From IMG/VR virus record IMGVR_UViG_3300036770_005357: a stretch of 64,000 nucleotides of DNA. One strand, given 5' to 3'. This document shows, in pieces, positions 1-9,271 of this stretch. Source of the stretch: a virus. Its lineage: Duplodnaviria > Caudoviricetes. Positions within the stretch are counted from its first letter, which is position 1. Each line of letters starts with the position of its first letter. The translations under genes and the position numbers were made by a program. The notes beneath the pieces were generated by a model. That model saw only the letters and a program-made list of their open reading frames with translations, did no database searches and was not told where the DNA came from.

Positions 1-390
1 CAATATGAAATGAATATGCACTTTTATTCATATGGACAAGACTTCACATTTATACATGCAAACTCTCAACTAGAAGAGACATTTAATAAGGTAAAAAATA
101 TTTGTACATCATTCGACTTTGTTTTTATAGATGGAGATCATTCGTATGACGGTGTAAAAAAAGATTTTGAACTTTATAAAAATTTATTAAGCCCAAGAGG
201 ATATATTGGATTTCACGATATAGATCCGAATCATGTCTTTAAAGATAATGCAGGTGGACAAGTTTATAAATTTTGGCAAGAATTAAATTTTGGAAGTAAA
301 ACTGAAATTATTTGTCAAAAATCCAACGCCAATTATAATTTATGGGGACAACAAGAACATTACGGTGGAATCGGATTATGGCAACCCTAA
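1..390 (+). CDS. Class I SAM-dependent methyltransferase (Methyltransf_24-like), 5'-truncated by the window edge
   Basis: Frame is open from base 1. Motifs FDFVFIDGDHSYDGVKKDF and GGxI/xxHD-like YIGFHDI. Confidence 0.75.
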   Translation, partial: QYEMNMHFYSYGQDFTFIHANSQLEETFNKVKNICTSFDFVFIDGDHSYDGVKKDFELYKNLLSPRGYIGFHDIDPNHVFKDNAGGQVYKFWQELNFGSKTEIICQKSNANYNLWGQQEHYGGIGLWQP

Positions 391-391
391 A

Positions 392-1126
392 TTATCTTAT
401 CTTAACGCCAAATATATCATTATTATAATTTACAAACAAAACATTGTCAAGTTTACTTTGAAGCGTATCTAACTCTTTTTTATGATAACTTTTTTCTTCA
501 TCTTCAATATCTTTGGTACTAAATGAATTACCTGTAGCTACCCTTGCATCCTTTGCACTCATAACAATTTGTGGAGTCACTACTAAATAGTCACCTTCTT
601 TTAATTCCTTTTTCTTTTTAGATGATTTACTGTCTTGTACAATACACTTACCTTCACTTACATATATGTGTGTATATTTATCAGTTGATTTAACAAATAA
701 CTTGGCTTTATTAAACAATATATTCGCCATAGATGTACCCACTACATTTTGTTTATCACAATCACTAATTACATAAACCTCACCATTTACAGAAGGCGCA
801 AATAATGATTCATTAACCTTAATTACTTCAGGCAACTTAAAATCGTTTACATACTTTATATCGTCATAAGTAAAATAAACTCCCGTAGATTCTTTTTGTG
901 TAAAAGCAATTCTGTGTGGAAAGGTATAGGTCGTTGTTGAATTGGTGTCCGTAGTTAAACTTAGATTATTTTTAAGATTATAAGATTTACCTACAAGAAT
1001 TTCCAAGTTGTTTACCTTGTTGTTTATAACTTCACTCAGTTCCGGTTGACCCGTGAAATCATAAATAAACACATCGTTAGCACACAGTGCAAAAGCCATT
1101 GAAAATATTGAGATTAATCGTTTCAT
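392..1126 (-). CDS. Exported protein with probable FecR-like beta domain
   Basis: N-terminal signal peptide MKRLISIFSMAFALCA. VVGTSMANILF...THIYVSEGKCIV resembles the FecR V.T...V.V.EG.V.V pattern. Confidence 0.45.
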   Translation of the reverse strand: MKRLISIFSMAFALCANDVFIYDFTGQPELSEVINNKVNNLEILVGKSYNLKNNLSLTTDTNSTTTYTFPHRIAFTQKESTGVYFTYDDIKYVNDFKLPEVIKVNESLFAPSVNGEVYVISDCDKQNVVGTSMANILFNKAKLFVKSTDKYTHIYVSEGKCIVQDSKSSKKKKELKEGDYLVVTPQIVMSAKDARVATGNSFSTKDIEDEEKSYHKKELDTLQSKLDNVLFVNYNNDIFGVKIR

Positions 1127-1131
1127 ATGTT

Positions 1132-1139
1132 AATAAATA
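1132..1139 (-). promoter_or_regulatory. TATTTATT putative late-promoter motif
   Basis: Lies 5 nt upstream of the ATG at 1126 on the coding strand. Same motif recurs before many late genes. Confidence 0.45.
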
Positions 1140-1150
1140 GTTGTTATAGA

Positions 1151-1178
1151 TTGACTTAAATTAATTATAAGATACCAT
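1151..1178 (+). promoter_or_regulatory. sigma70-type promoter TTGACT-N16-TACCAT, leaderless geometry
   Basis: -35 at 1151-1156, -10 at 1173-1178, 6 nt before the ATG at 1185. Confidence 0.55.
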
Positions 1179-1184
1179 GATTAA

Positions 1185-2066
1185 ATGGAATCTAATGAAA
1201 CGAAGAAAAATAGAGTAAGTTTTAGCCAATATTCTACATACCTAAAGTGTCCACATAAATGGTATCTTGATTATGTAAAGAACTTACGGGAAAAGGAAGA
1301 CAATATCAATACCACATTTGGTACTGCTATACATCATGCATTTCAGACCTACCTAGATGCTTTGTACAAACAAAGTGTTAGTGTTGCGGATTCATTAGAT
1401 GTTAAAAAATTGTTTCAAGATAAATTTGCCGAAGAAGTAAAGAAGATCAAACAACTAGATGAATCTGAATACACCGACTTTATTTTTGATGGACACGATA
1501 TTATTGATACATTTCTAAAGAGTGCTAATAGAATCAAACATTTTCCACACGGTGATTATGAATTGGTTGGTATTGAAATTCCACTAGAAATTCCTATTAA
1601 GAACAATGTAGACTTTGTAGGTTTCGTTGATATTGTACTTAAAGAAACTAATAAAGAACGATATAGGATCATCGACTTTAAGACATCTAGTAATGGTTGG
1701 AATCAATATCAGAGAGAAGATGAAAGTAAATATTCACAACTACACCTTTATAAAAGTGTTTACAGCAAAAAATTCAATGTACCACTTAATGCTATTGATG
1801 TAGAGTTCTTTATTGTTAAGAGAAAACTTTTTGAAAAGGCTACATTTCCTCAAAGCCGAATTCAAGTATTTAAGCCAGCAAGCGGTCCACAAATAATTAA
1901 AGAATCTATAAATAACTTTATTCAATTCTTGGATTATGGATTTAACAGTGACGGTACATACAATGATAAGAATCACTACCCCAAGATACCAGGTGATAGA
2001 AAGAAAAATTGCAAGTATTGTTTACATTATAAAAAGACATGTGATGGCAAAGCCGACAAATTATAA
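1185..2066 (+). CDS. PD-(D/E)XK nuclease, Cas4/AddB-like with 4-Cys Fe-S ligands
   Basis: SFSQ..TYLKCP, GTAIH, GFVDIV, IIDFKTS, QLHLY, C-terminal CKYC-x5-C. Confidence 0.85.
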   Translation: MESNETKKNRVSFSQYSTYLKCPHKWYLDYVKNLREKEDNINTTFGTAIHHAFQTYLDALYKQSVSVADSLDVKKLFQDKFAEEVKKIKQLDESEYTDFIFDGHDIIDTFLKSANRIKHFPHGDYELVGIEIPLEIPIKNNVDFVGFVDIVLKETNKERYRIIDFKTSSNGWNQYQREDESKYSQLHLYKSVYSKKFNVPLNAIDVEFFIVKRKLFEKATFPQSRIQVFKPASGPQIIKESINNFIQFLDYGFNSDGTYNDKNHYPKIPGDRKKNCKYCLHYKKTCDGKADKL

Positions 2067-2071
2067 TTAAG

Positions 2072-2110
2072 CATATGTACATATGTAAATATATGTATAT
2101 GTGAATATGT
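2072..2110 (+). repeat. Five ATATGT copies including the perfect 14-bp palindrome CATATGTACATATG; probable operator
   Basis: Copies at 2073, 2081, 2091, 2097 and 2105; palindrome 2072-2085; directly before the ATG at 2112. Confidence 0.7.
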
Positions 2111-2111
2111 T

Positions 2112-2327
2112 ATGGACCAATTTGTTACGACAGTAAAACTCAATCAAGAATTATATAATCGGTTTAAAGAACTAAACATTCGTGGAAAGATATCTTTCCA
2201 AGATTTTGTAAATAAGTGTCTTGAGAAGTATTTGGATGATATCGACTTTCAAAGTGAAATTAGTGAGAGTATCTGTCAAAAGTTGAGCCATAACACCCCA
2301 TTTTCATTATCAAAAGGAATTAAATGA
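2112..2327 (+). CDS. Small ribbon-helix-helix DNA-binding protein
   Basis: Strand TTVKL, helix QELYNRFKEL, turn RGKIS, helix FQDFVNKCLEKYL: CopG/Arc-like pattern. Confidence 0.55.
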   Translation: MDQFVTTVKLNQELYNRFKELNIRGKISFQDFVNKCLEKYLDDIDFQSEISESICQKLSHNTPFSLSKGIK

Positions 2328-2869
2328 GTAAAAAGAAAATACTTTTATTAAGTGATGATTTACGAATGCATAGTGGTATAGCTACTATGAGTCGTGAATT
2401 GGTACTAGGCACACTTCACCATTATAATTGGGTACAAGTAGCAGGCGCAATTGAACATCCTGAACAAGGTAAAATCATTGATATGAAAGAAGCTTGTGAT
2501 AAGTTAAATGGTAGAACTGACAATTATCTTAAATTATATCCCGTTAATGGATACGGTGATGAAGAAACTCTTTTTCAAATTATAGCTATGGAAAAACCAG
2601 ATGCTATAATGCATTTTACTGATCCTAGATTTTGGGGGTGGCTCTATGCTATAGAACACCAAATTCGTAGTAAAATTCCACTTACATATCTTGATATTTG
2701 GGATGACTTACCGTATCCTATGTGGAATAAACCATTCTACAAGAGTTGTGATGCTTTATTTGCAATTAGTAAACAAACTGATAATATCAACAAATGGGTT
2801 TTAGGACCAGAAAACTGTACTAGTATTTATGGTGATTTTGATAGTAACGGAAACATTATTAAAGGATAA
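2324..2869 (+). CDS. GT-B (GT4-like) glycosyltransferase, N-terminal part of a split gene
   Basis: KKILLLSDD...HSGIATMSREL, PDAIMHFTDPR, YLDIWDD. Ends at TAA, in frame with 2873. Confidence 0.75.
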   Translation: MSKKKILLLSDDLRMHSGIATMSRELVLGTLHHYNWVQVAGAIEHPEQGKIIDMKEACDKLNGRTDNYLKLYPVNGYGDEETLFQIIAMEKPDAIMHFTDPRFWGWLYAIEHQIRSKIPLTYLDIWDDLPYPMWNKPFYKSCDALFAISKQTDNINKWVLGPENCTSIYGDFDSNGNIIKG

Positions 2870-2872
2870 TTT

Positions 2873-3838
2873 ATGCCAGTAAAAGGAAAACATTTATTAC
2901 ATTTAGTACCACATGGTATCAACAGCGACGAATTTAAACCACTTCCAAAAAATGATAAAGAAGTGTTAAAACTTAAAAAAGAATATTTAGGCGACGGCGA
3001 ATATAACTTTATAGTGGCATTTAACAGTCGTAATGCACATCGTAAACATCCTGCAAATTTGATTATGGCGTTCAAGTCATTCTGTGCTTCAATCGATCAA
3101 GAATCGGCAAAGAAATGTGCATTGATAATGCATACTGATAAAGTATGTGAAGCGGGTACAGATTTGGTTGCTACAATACAAGCAATTTGTCCAGAATATA
3201 AAGTCGTATTAGATGAAAGTAGAAAATCACCGGAAGAGATGGTTGCTTTCTATAACTTAGCGGATGTGACTGCAAATATAAGTTCAAACGAAGGATTCGG
3301 TCTTAGTATCGCTGAAAGTATAATGTGTGGTACGCCTGTTATTGCAACTGTTACTGGTGGATTACAAGACCAATTAGGCATTGTAGATGATAATAACAAC
3401 CCAGTCAAATTTAATCTTGAATTCGGTACCAATGTTACCGGTAAATACAAGAAACATGGTATATGGGCTAAACCGATTTGGACTAAGGTACAAAACCTTC
3501 AAGGCAGTCCACCAACACCATATATCATGGATGATTTGACAAACTATGATGATATAGCTGATGCAATTGCTTATTGGTACTTTTTGGGAAATGAAAAACG
3601 AGAAAAATGTGGATTGGAGGGTAGAAGATGGGCAATGAATGAAGGTGGTATAAATTCTAAAAATATGTGTGATCAATTTATTAAAGCGATGGATTTTACA
3701 CTTGAAAATTTCACATCTGTTAATAAATTTGACATTTTTACAACGGATGGTTATGATACTAAAAATCTACCTCAAGGAAAATTGGGATTTGAATTACATA
3801 AAGTGAATGTAGATAAAATCAAAAGTGAAATACAATGA
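2873..3838 (+). CDS. GT-B (GT4-like) glycosyltransferase, C-terminal part of a split gene
   Basis: VPHGIN, NSRNAHRKHP, YNLADV, SSNEGFGLSIAESIMCGTPVIATVTGG (EX7E motif). AAGGA SD-like site 6 nt upstream. Confidence 0.85.
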   Translation: MPVKGKHLLHLVPHGINSDEFKPLPKNDKEVLKLKKEYLGDGEYNFIVAFNSRNAHRKHPANLIMAFKSFCASIDQESAKKCALIMHTDKVCEAGTDLVATIQAICPEYKVVLDESRKSPEEMVAFYNLADVTANISSNEGFGLSIAESIMCGTPVIATVTGGLQDQLGIVDDNNNPVKFNLEFGTNVTGKYKKHGIWAKPIWTKVQNLQGSPPTPYIMDDLTNYDDIADAIAYWYFLGNEKREKCGLEGRRWAMNEGGINSKNMCDQFIKAMDFTLENFTSVNKFDIFTTDGYDTKNLPQGKLGFELHKVNVDKIKSEIQ

Positions 3839-4569
3839 AGATACAAGTACTTAAAAACGAAGACTATCAAGAAGTTTCAAACTTACCATCAAAAGGTACG
3901 GAACGTGCCACAGGATATGATATAGTTGCTACAAGTGAACCAGAAATCGTTGGTGAAAAGAATGAAAATGGATCTTATAAAAGAATTGATTACATTCAAT
4001 ATAAAACTAATCTTAAAGTTGCTGTACAGAAAGAAGAAAAGTCATTGACAGGTTTTAGTCTCGAACTTACCGACTATGATATTTTAGCATTTCCTCGTAG
4101 CAGTGTTAGTAAGTACAATCTTCAATTGGCCAATAGTATTGGATTGATTGATGCCGATTACAGAGGAGAATTACTACTTCGTTTTAATTATCTATGGCAA
4201 CCGGAAGATTATAATTTATATACACATGAAGCCGGAGATGCAGTCAAAGGTGAATTATACACTTATATAGGCGGAAAAGTTAATTCAAGTAAAATCTATA
4301 AAAAAGGAGATAAGATCTGTCAACTTAAAGTAACAAGAGTAGAGAATGTTAACTTCGAACTTGTAAATGAATTAGACTCCACAAATAGAGGTGAAGGTGG
4401 ATTTGGAAGCACCGATAACAAAAAATCAGAAAACGCTAGTGTGGCTGCTAAACAAATGTCTACAATGGAACACTTGTACAATAATATGACAAACAATGTG
4501 TCCACGCCAACAAAAAAATACAGTCAAACAATTAAGGAAAGAGATCAACAATTTTTTAATCAAAAATAA
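3835..4569 (+). CDS. dut: Trimeric dUTPase with C-terminal extension
   Basis: All five motifs: ATGYDI, PRSSVS, GLIDADYRGEL, GDKICQL, RGEGGFGST. Confidence 0.95.
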   Translation: MKIQVLKNEDYQEVSNLPSKGTERATGYDIVATSEPEIVGEKNENGSYKRIDYIQYKTNLKVAVQKEEKSLTGFSLELTDYDILAFPRSSVSKYNLQLANSIGLIDADYRGELLLRFNYLWQPEDYNLYTHEAGDAVKGELYTYIGGKVNSSKIYKKGDKICQLKVTRVENVNFELVNELDSTNRGEGGFGSTDNKKSENASVAAKQMSTMEHLYNNMTNNVSTPTKKYSQTIKERDQQFFNQK

Positions 4570-4571
4570 AT

Positions 4572-5906
4572 ATGAACAAACCATTATGTTTAATTTCAGG
4601 ACCAGTTTTTAATCGTAGCGGATATGGCGATTGGGCAACTGCTGTTGCTAAAAGTATTATTCGTTATGACAAATATGATGTTAAAATCGCACCAACTAGA
4701 TGGGGAAACTGTCAAACAAAACGATTTTTTGAAGAAATTACAGATCCCGAAGATAAGATGTTATCGAGTAAATTTTTACAAGGACAATTAAACAAACAAC
4801 CCGAATTATTTATTCAACTCACAATACCGGAAGAATTTCAACCAATTGGCAAATATAATATTGGTATGACTGCTGGTATTGAAACTACAATTTCACCGGG
4901 CCCTTGGTTAGAGGGAATTAACAAAATGAATTTAACTATAGGTTTGTCTAACCATGTTAAAAAAATATTTATGGACACTAAAATGTCTAAAAAACTTGAA
5001 AATGGACAAACGGTAAGTGTTCAGGTTGATAAACCCATTGAAGTGTGTTTTTGGGGTGTAGATACAAACATTTATAAGAAAACGGAAGAAAAATCAGAAA
5101 CAGTTGATCAAGCTTTATCTAAAATTGAAGAAAAGTCCGCTTTCCTTTTTATTGGTCAATGGACACACGGCGGTTTATTTAATGACAGAAAAGATATTGG
5201 TAATTTAATTAAAACATTTTGTAATGCATTTAAAAATAATGACAAAAATGATAAACCGTGCTTAATTATAAAAACGAGTGGTGCAAACTATTCAACTGTA
5301 GATCGGTTTGATATCTTAGACAAAATAAAAAGAATTAAAAGTGGATTAGGTGATAATTTGCCAAATGTTTATCTCTTACACGGAGAATTAAGTGATGTGG
5401 AAATGAACGCACTTTTAAATCATGAAAAAATAATAGCACATGTTTCATTTACTCATGGAGAAGGATTTGGTCATCCATTGTTGTTAGCAACAATGAGTGG
5501 AAAACCTTTATTAGCACCTGACTGGAGTGGACATTTAGATTATTTAAACCCACAATATGCAAATTTGTTACCAGGCAATTTAGTAGATGTGAATAGATCG
5601 TCGGTAAATAATTGGATTTTAAAAGAAAGTAAATGGTTCAAAGTTTCATATTCATTAGCTGAGACTAAAATGAAAGATGTTTATTCATTCCGTAAACAAG
5701 ATAAGTTTAATAAACCAGCGGAATTTCTAAGAGCCGAGAATTTCGAAAAATTCAGTTTACAAGCAATGGATCAAAAATTGTGGGGTATTCTTGATAAGTA
5801 TGTTCCTAAATTTGCAGTCGAAAATAGTTTTGTCTTACCAAAACTAAAACCCATAGCTAATAAAACAGATCAGAACAAAATTGTTTTACCTAAATTAAAA
5901 ATTTGA
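4572..5906 (+). CDS. GT4-family glycosyltransferase
   Basis: GPVFNRSGYG, FLFIGQW, RKDIGNLIKTF, HGEGFGHPLLL, KPLLAPDWSGH. Confidence 0.85.
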   Translation: MNKPLCLISGPVFNRSGYGDWATAVAKSIIRYDKYDVKIAPTRWGNCQTKRFFEEITDPEDKMLSSKFLQGQLNKQPELFIQLTIPEEFQPIGKYNIGMTAGIETTISPGPWLEGINKMNLTIGLSNHVKKIFMDTKMSKKLENGQTVSVQVDKPIEVCFWGVDTNIYKKTEEKSETVDQALSKIEEKSAFLFIGQWTHGGLFNDRKDIGNLIKTFCNAFKNNDKNDKPCLIIKTSGANYSTVDRFDILDKIKRIKSGLGDNLPNVYLLHGELSDVEMNALLNHEKIIAHVSFTHGEGFGHPLLLATMSGKPLLAPDWSGHLDYLNPQYANLLPGNLVDVNRSSVNNWILKESKWFKVSYSLAETKMKDVYSFRKQDKFNKPAEFLRAENFEKFSLQAMDQKLWGILDKYVPKFAVENSFVLPKLKPIANKTDQNKIVLPKLKI

Positions 5907-6559
5907 TTAAAATGTTTTTATCTTATTTAATAACATCTCATAATGAAGAGGTTTGTTTGAGTAAACTTCTACAGAAATTGCTTTCATTTAAAAAAGAAAA
6001 CCATGAAATAGTTTTATTAGATGATTATTCGGATAATCCGGAAACTATTTCTATAATAAACAGTTGTAAATCAAATATTAATTTTTATCAAAAAAAATTA
6101 GACAAAGATTATGGAGCACATAAAAACTATGGTATAAGTCTTTGCAAAGGTAAGTGGATATTTCAAATAGATGCAGATGAATGTCCGACAGACTTGCTTT
6201 TAGAAAATATAGACGACATTTTAAAAGCAAACGATTCAAATGAAGCGATTTGGTTACCGAGGTTAAATTATTTTTACGGAGTAACTCAACAAGACATATT
6301 AACATGGGGATGGCAATATAACGACGGTATGATTAACTTTCCAGACTATCAATCTAGATTATATAAAAATTTACCTCATATTAAATATGAACGCAGATTA
6401 CATGAGAAAGTTGAAGGATATAAAAGTTATGTATTTATTCCTGCGCAAAAAGATATTGCATTGATACATGAAAAAACTATAGAAAAACAACGACAAACAA
6501 ATATAAAATACAATCAGTTGTTTACGGAAGATGAAAATAGGGGATATAGTGTAAAATAA
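5903..6559 (+). CDS. GT2-family glycosyltransferase
   Basis: SYLITSHNEE, VLLDDYS, KNYGI..CKGKWIFQIDADE, FPDYQ.RL, LHEKV. Alternative ATG at 5912. Confidence 0.85.
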   Translation: MIKMFLSYLITSHNEEVCLSKLLQKLLSFKKENHEIVLLDDYSDNPETISIINSCKSNINFYQKKLDKDYGAHKNYGISLCKGKWIFQIDADECPTDLLLENIDDILKANDSNEAIWLPRLNYFYGVTQQDILTWGWQYNDGMINFPDYQSRLYKNLPHIKYERRLHEKVEGYKSYVFIPAQKDIALIHEKTIEKQRQTNIKYNQLFTEDENRGYSVK

Positions 6560-6563
6560 ATTT

Positions 6564-6989
6564 ATGAAATATATTACAAATATAGATACTTTATCAGCAT
6601 TATTTGATCGATTAATAACGGAAAATATTAAATTATATTTTTTTGAAAAAGATAATTTAACAGAAAAAAGTAATCATCAAAAATTAATAATTGAAGAAAT
6701 AAAAAACAAAATCCGTACTCTATTGAGAGATACTTATGAAAATAAACAATATGATTATTTTTCCGAAAAAAGAACTTTTAATGAAAATACAATTGTAGAA
6801 TCGTTGGAAGAGTTGATAATTAATGACATTAATATCGGAGAATCTGATAGAGAGCGTTTAAAACAAGTACAAAGCGATACACCCTCCATAGATAAGTTCA
6901 TAGTAAATGAAAAGAGACTTAGAAAATCGAATGAAGGTAGATCACGAAATAAAAATGAAATAGATCAACAATATAAAGATTTACTATGA
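6564..6989 (+). CDS. Helical DUF6165-like hypothetical protein
   Basis: L.DRL...NIK and N..R...KN.ID pattern shared with 11212..11565. Confidence 0.4.
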   Translation: MKYITNIDTLSALFDRLITENIKLYFFEKDNLTEKSNHQKLIIEEIKNKIRTLLRDTYENKQYDYFSEKRTFNENTIVESLEELIINDINIGESDRERLKQVQSDTPSIDKFIVNEKRLRKSNEGRSRNKNEIDQQYKDLL

Positions 6990-7972
6990 ATGTATTAATA
7001 ACAGGTGTTGCGGGTTTACTCGGATCTAATTTAGCTGATTATTTAATCAATAAAAATATTAATGTAATCGGTATAGACGATTTAAGTGGCGGATATATTG
7101 AAAATGTTAATGATAAGGTAAATTTTCACAAACTAAATTTAATAAACGATGTCACTCGTTTAAACGAATTATTTAATACATTCAAGATCGATTTTGTTTA
7201 TCACATGGCAGCATATGCCGCTGAAGGATTAAGTCCTTTTATACGAAATTATAATTATAATAATAATTTAATTGCTACAACAAATATTGTAAACTGTTGT
7301 GTGAATCACAATGTAAAACGACTCATATTCACATCTACTATGGCAGTTTATGGTGAAAACACTTTGCCGTTTGATGAAAAATACTTACCAAATCCCATTG
7401 ATCCATATGGTATTGCAAAATATGCTTGTGAACTGGATATAAAAGTTGCTGGAGAACAACATGGATTAGACTGGTGTATAATCAGACCACATAATGTTTA
7501 TGGTAAAAAACAAAATATCTGGGACAAATATAGAAATGTTTTAGGTATTTGGATGAATTTACATTTAAATAATAAACCATTAACAATCTATGGGGATGGA
7601 AAACAAACCCGAGCGTTTTCTTATATCGACGACAGCGTTGAACCTTTATGGAATGCTGCAATTTTCCCAGAGGCTTCTAAACAAATAATTAATTTAGGAG
7701 GAATTTATGAAACAAGTATCAATGAAGCATGTGATATTTTAATTAAAGTTATGGGAGGTGGAACTAAGGTGCATCTCGAAAAAAGACATGAAGTAAAACA
7801 TGCATATTCTACTTATCAAAAATCCATAGATATTTTGAAATTTAATCATCAAACTAATTTAGAAAATGGGTTAACCGATATGTGGACTTGGGCAAAAAAT
7901 CAACCACGAAAAAATCAATTTATATGGCAAAAGTACGAAATTGAAAAAGGAATTTATAATTACTGGAAATAA
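6986..7972 (+). CDS. NAD-dependent NDP-sugar epimerase/dehydratase (extended SDR)
   Basis: ITGVAGLLG, HMAAY, FTSTMAVYG, YGIAK (YxxxK), RPHNVYG, IYGDGKQTRAFSYIDD. Confidence 0.93.
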   Translation: MNVLITGVAGLLGSNLADYLINKNINVIGIDDLSGGYIENVNDKVNFHKLNLINDVTRLNELFNTFKIDFVYHMAAYAAEGLSPFIRNYNYNNNLIATTNIVNCCVNHNVKRLIFTSTMAVYGENTLPFDEKYLPNPIDPYGIAKYACELDIKVAGEQHGLDWCIIRPHNVYGKKQNIWDKYRNVLGIWMNLHLNNKPLTIYGDGKQTRAFSYIDDSVEPLWNAAIFPEASKQIINLGGIYETSINEACDILIKVMGGGTKVHLEKRHEVKHAYSTYQKSIDILKFNHQTNLENGLTDMWTWAKNQPRKNQFIWQKYEIEKGIYNYWK

Positions 7973-7982
7973 ATTTTTAGTT

Positions 7983-8612
7983 ATGAAAAAAATAAAATTT
8001 GACATTCTTACAGAATCCGAACTAATCGAATACGGCGTGTTTTCATCGGTAGATGAAACCTATGACTTTATAAAATCCAATCCTGAAAACCAACGTGGAA
8101 AAAATTCCATACAATGGATATACTTGTATATGGATGAGTTATATCAACTTGCTAAAGAATGTAATCATATTACCGAGATGGGTGTGAATGAAGTAAATAG
8201 TTCATGGGCATTCTTAAAAGCGAGGCCCAAAAAATTAGTATGTATTGATATTACATTTTCTTATGCTTATAAAAGAGTTAATTTTGAAGATCACATTTGG
8301 TTAGAATCATTAAAAGCTTTATCTAAAAAAGAAAATGTAGATTTAACATTAATAGAAGATGATACCACTAAAATAGAAATTGAAGAAACAGATTTATTAT
8401 TTATCGATACGAAACACACTTACCAACATCTTAAAAAAGAATTAAATTTACACGCTAATAAAGTTAAAAAATATATAGCATTTCACGATACAGTTTTGTT
8501 TCCGGAGTTAAATAACGCCATCATTGAATTTTTAGAAACGAATAGAAATTGGACAATATATAAAAATATAAAAACCAATCCCGGTCTTCTAATCATAAAA
8601 AATAATACATGA
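7983..8612 (+). CDS. Class I SAM methyltransferase (Methyltransf_24-like)
   Basis: TEMGV, VCIDI, DLLFIDTKHTY, YIAFHDT. ATG at 7983 preferred over the overlapping TTG at 7941. Confidence 0.75.
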   Translation: MKKIKFDILTESELIEYGVFSSVDETYDFIKSNPENQRGKNSIQWIYLYMDELYQLAKECNHITEMGVNEVNSSWAFLKARPKKLVCIDITFSYAYKRVNFEDHIWLESLKALSKKENVDLTLIEDDTTKIEIEETDLLFIDTKHTYQHLKKELNLHANKVKKYIAFHDTVLFPELNNAIIEFLETNRNWTIYKNIKTNPGLLIIKNNT

Positions 8613-9271
8613 ACAACATAATCAACGAAATTTTAAATAAAAAATTGACTCTAATTGATAGAGAAAGATTTGATTGTATTATTGATTTAAAACAGCAGGT
8701 TGAATCTCATGATGGCGATATAGTAGAATGTGGAGTTTATAAAGGAGGTATGGCTATATTTTTAGCTCATCTATTTCCTTTAAAAAAAATATGGGTGGTA
8801 GATTCATTTAGAGGATGTCAACCTTTAAAAAACGCTTTATTTAAATATGAAAAAGAAGAAAGATGGAAAGATGGAGAATTTTCAGCTTCCATAGAAGAAG
8901 TAAAAAATAACTTCAAAAAATTTAACATTTTAGATAAGAATCGAATAATTTATTTAGAGGGTTGGGTAAAAGATACATTACCTACATGTGATATAAATAA
9001 AATATTACTGCTTAGAGTAGATGTTGATAGTTATAGTGCAACCCGTGAAGTATTAAGATATTTATATGACAAAGTTGTTTTAAATGGCGTAGTAGTGTTC
9101 GATGATACATGTTGTTATGAAGCTATGGATGCTATCAAAGATTTTTTCATAATCGAAAAACAACAGCCAAATATAAATTTTTATACAGCAAAACACGAAA
9201 AAATAGATTTATTGAACATCGACTCAAAAAATGTTCCGTGTGGTTGTTACATGATTAAAAAATATGAGTAA
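8609..9271 (+). CDS. TylF/MycF/NovP-family sugar O-methyltransferase
   Basis: GDIVECGVYKGG, VDSFRG, EGWVKDTL, LLRVDVDSYSAT, GVVVFDD. Confidence 0.9.
   Translation: MNNIINEILNKKLTLIDRERFDCIIDLKQQVESHDGDIVECGVYKGGMAIFLAHLFPLKKIWVVDSFRGCQPLKNALFKYEKEERWKDGEFSASIEEVKNNFKKFNILDKNRIIYLEGWVKDTLPTCDINKILLLRVDVDSYSATREVLRYLYDKVVLNGVVVFDDTCCYEAMDAIKDFFIIEKQQPNINFYTAKHEKIDLLNIDSKNVPCGCYMIKKYE

Noticed and set aside
1185-2110. CRISPR-Cas locus suggested by the Cas4-like gene and the nearby short repeats
   Set aside because: The repeats are 6-mers without spacers; there is no cas1/cas2 and no 25-45-nt repeat-spacer array in the window.
2867-2869. Stop-codon reassignment (alternative genetic code) as the reason for the split GT
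   Set aside because: The interrupting codon is TAA. Genes elsewhere are full length in code 11 and end at TAA or TGA; there is no pattern of TAG or TGA fragmentation.
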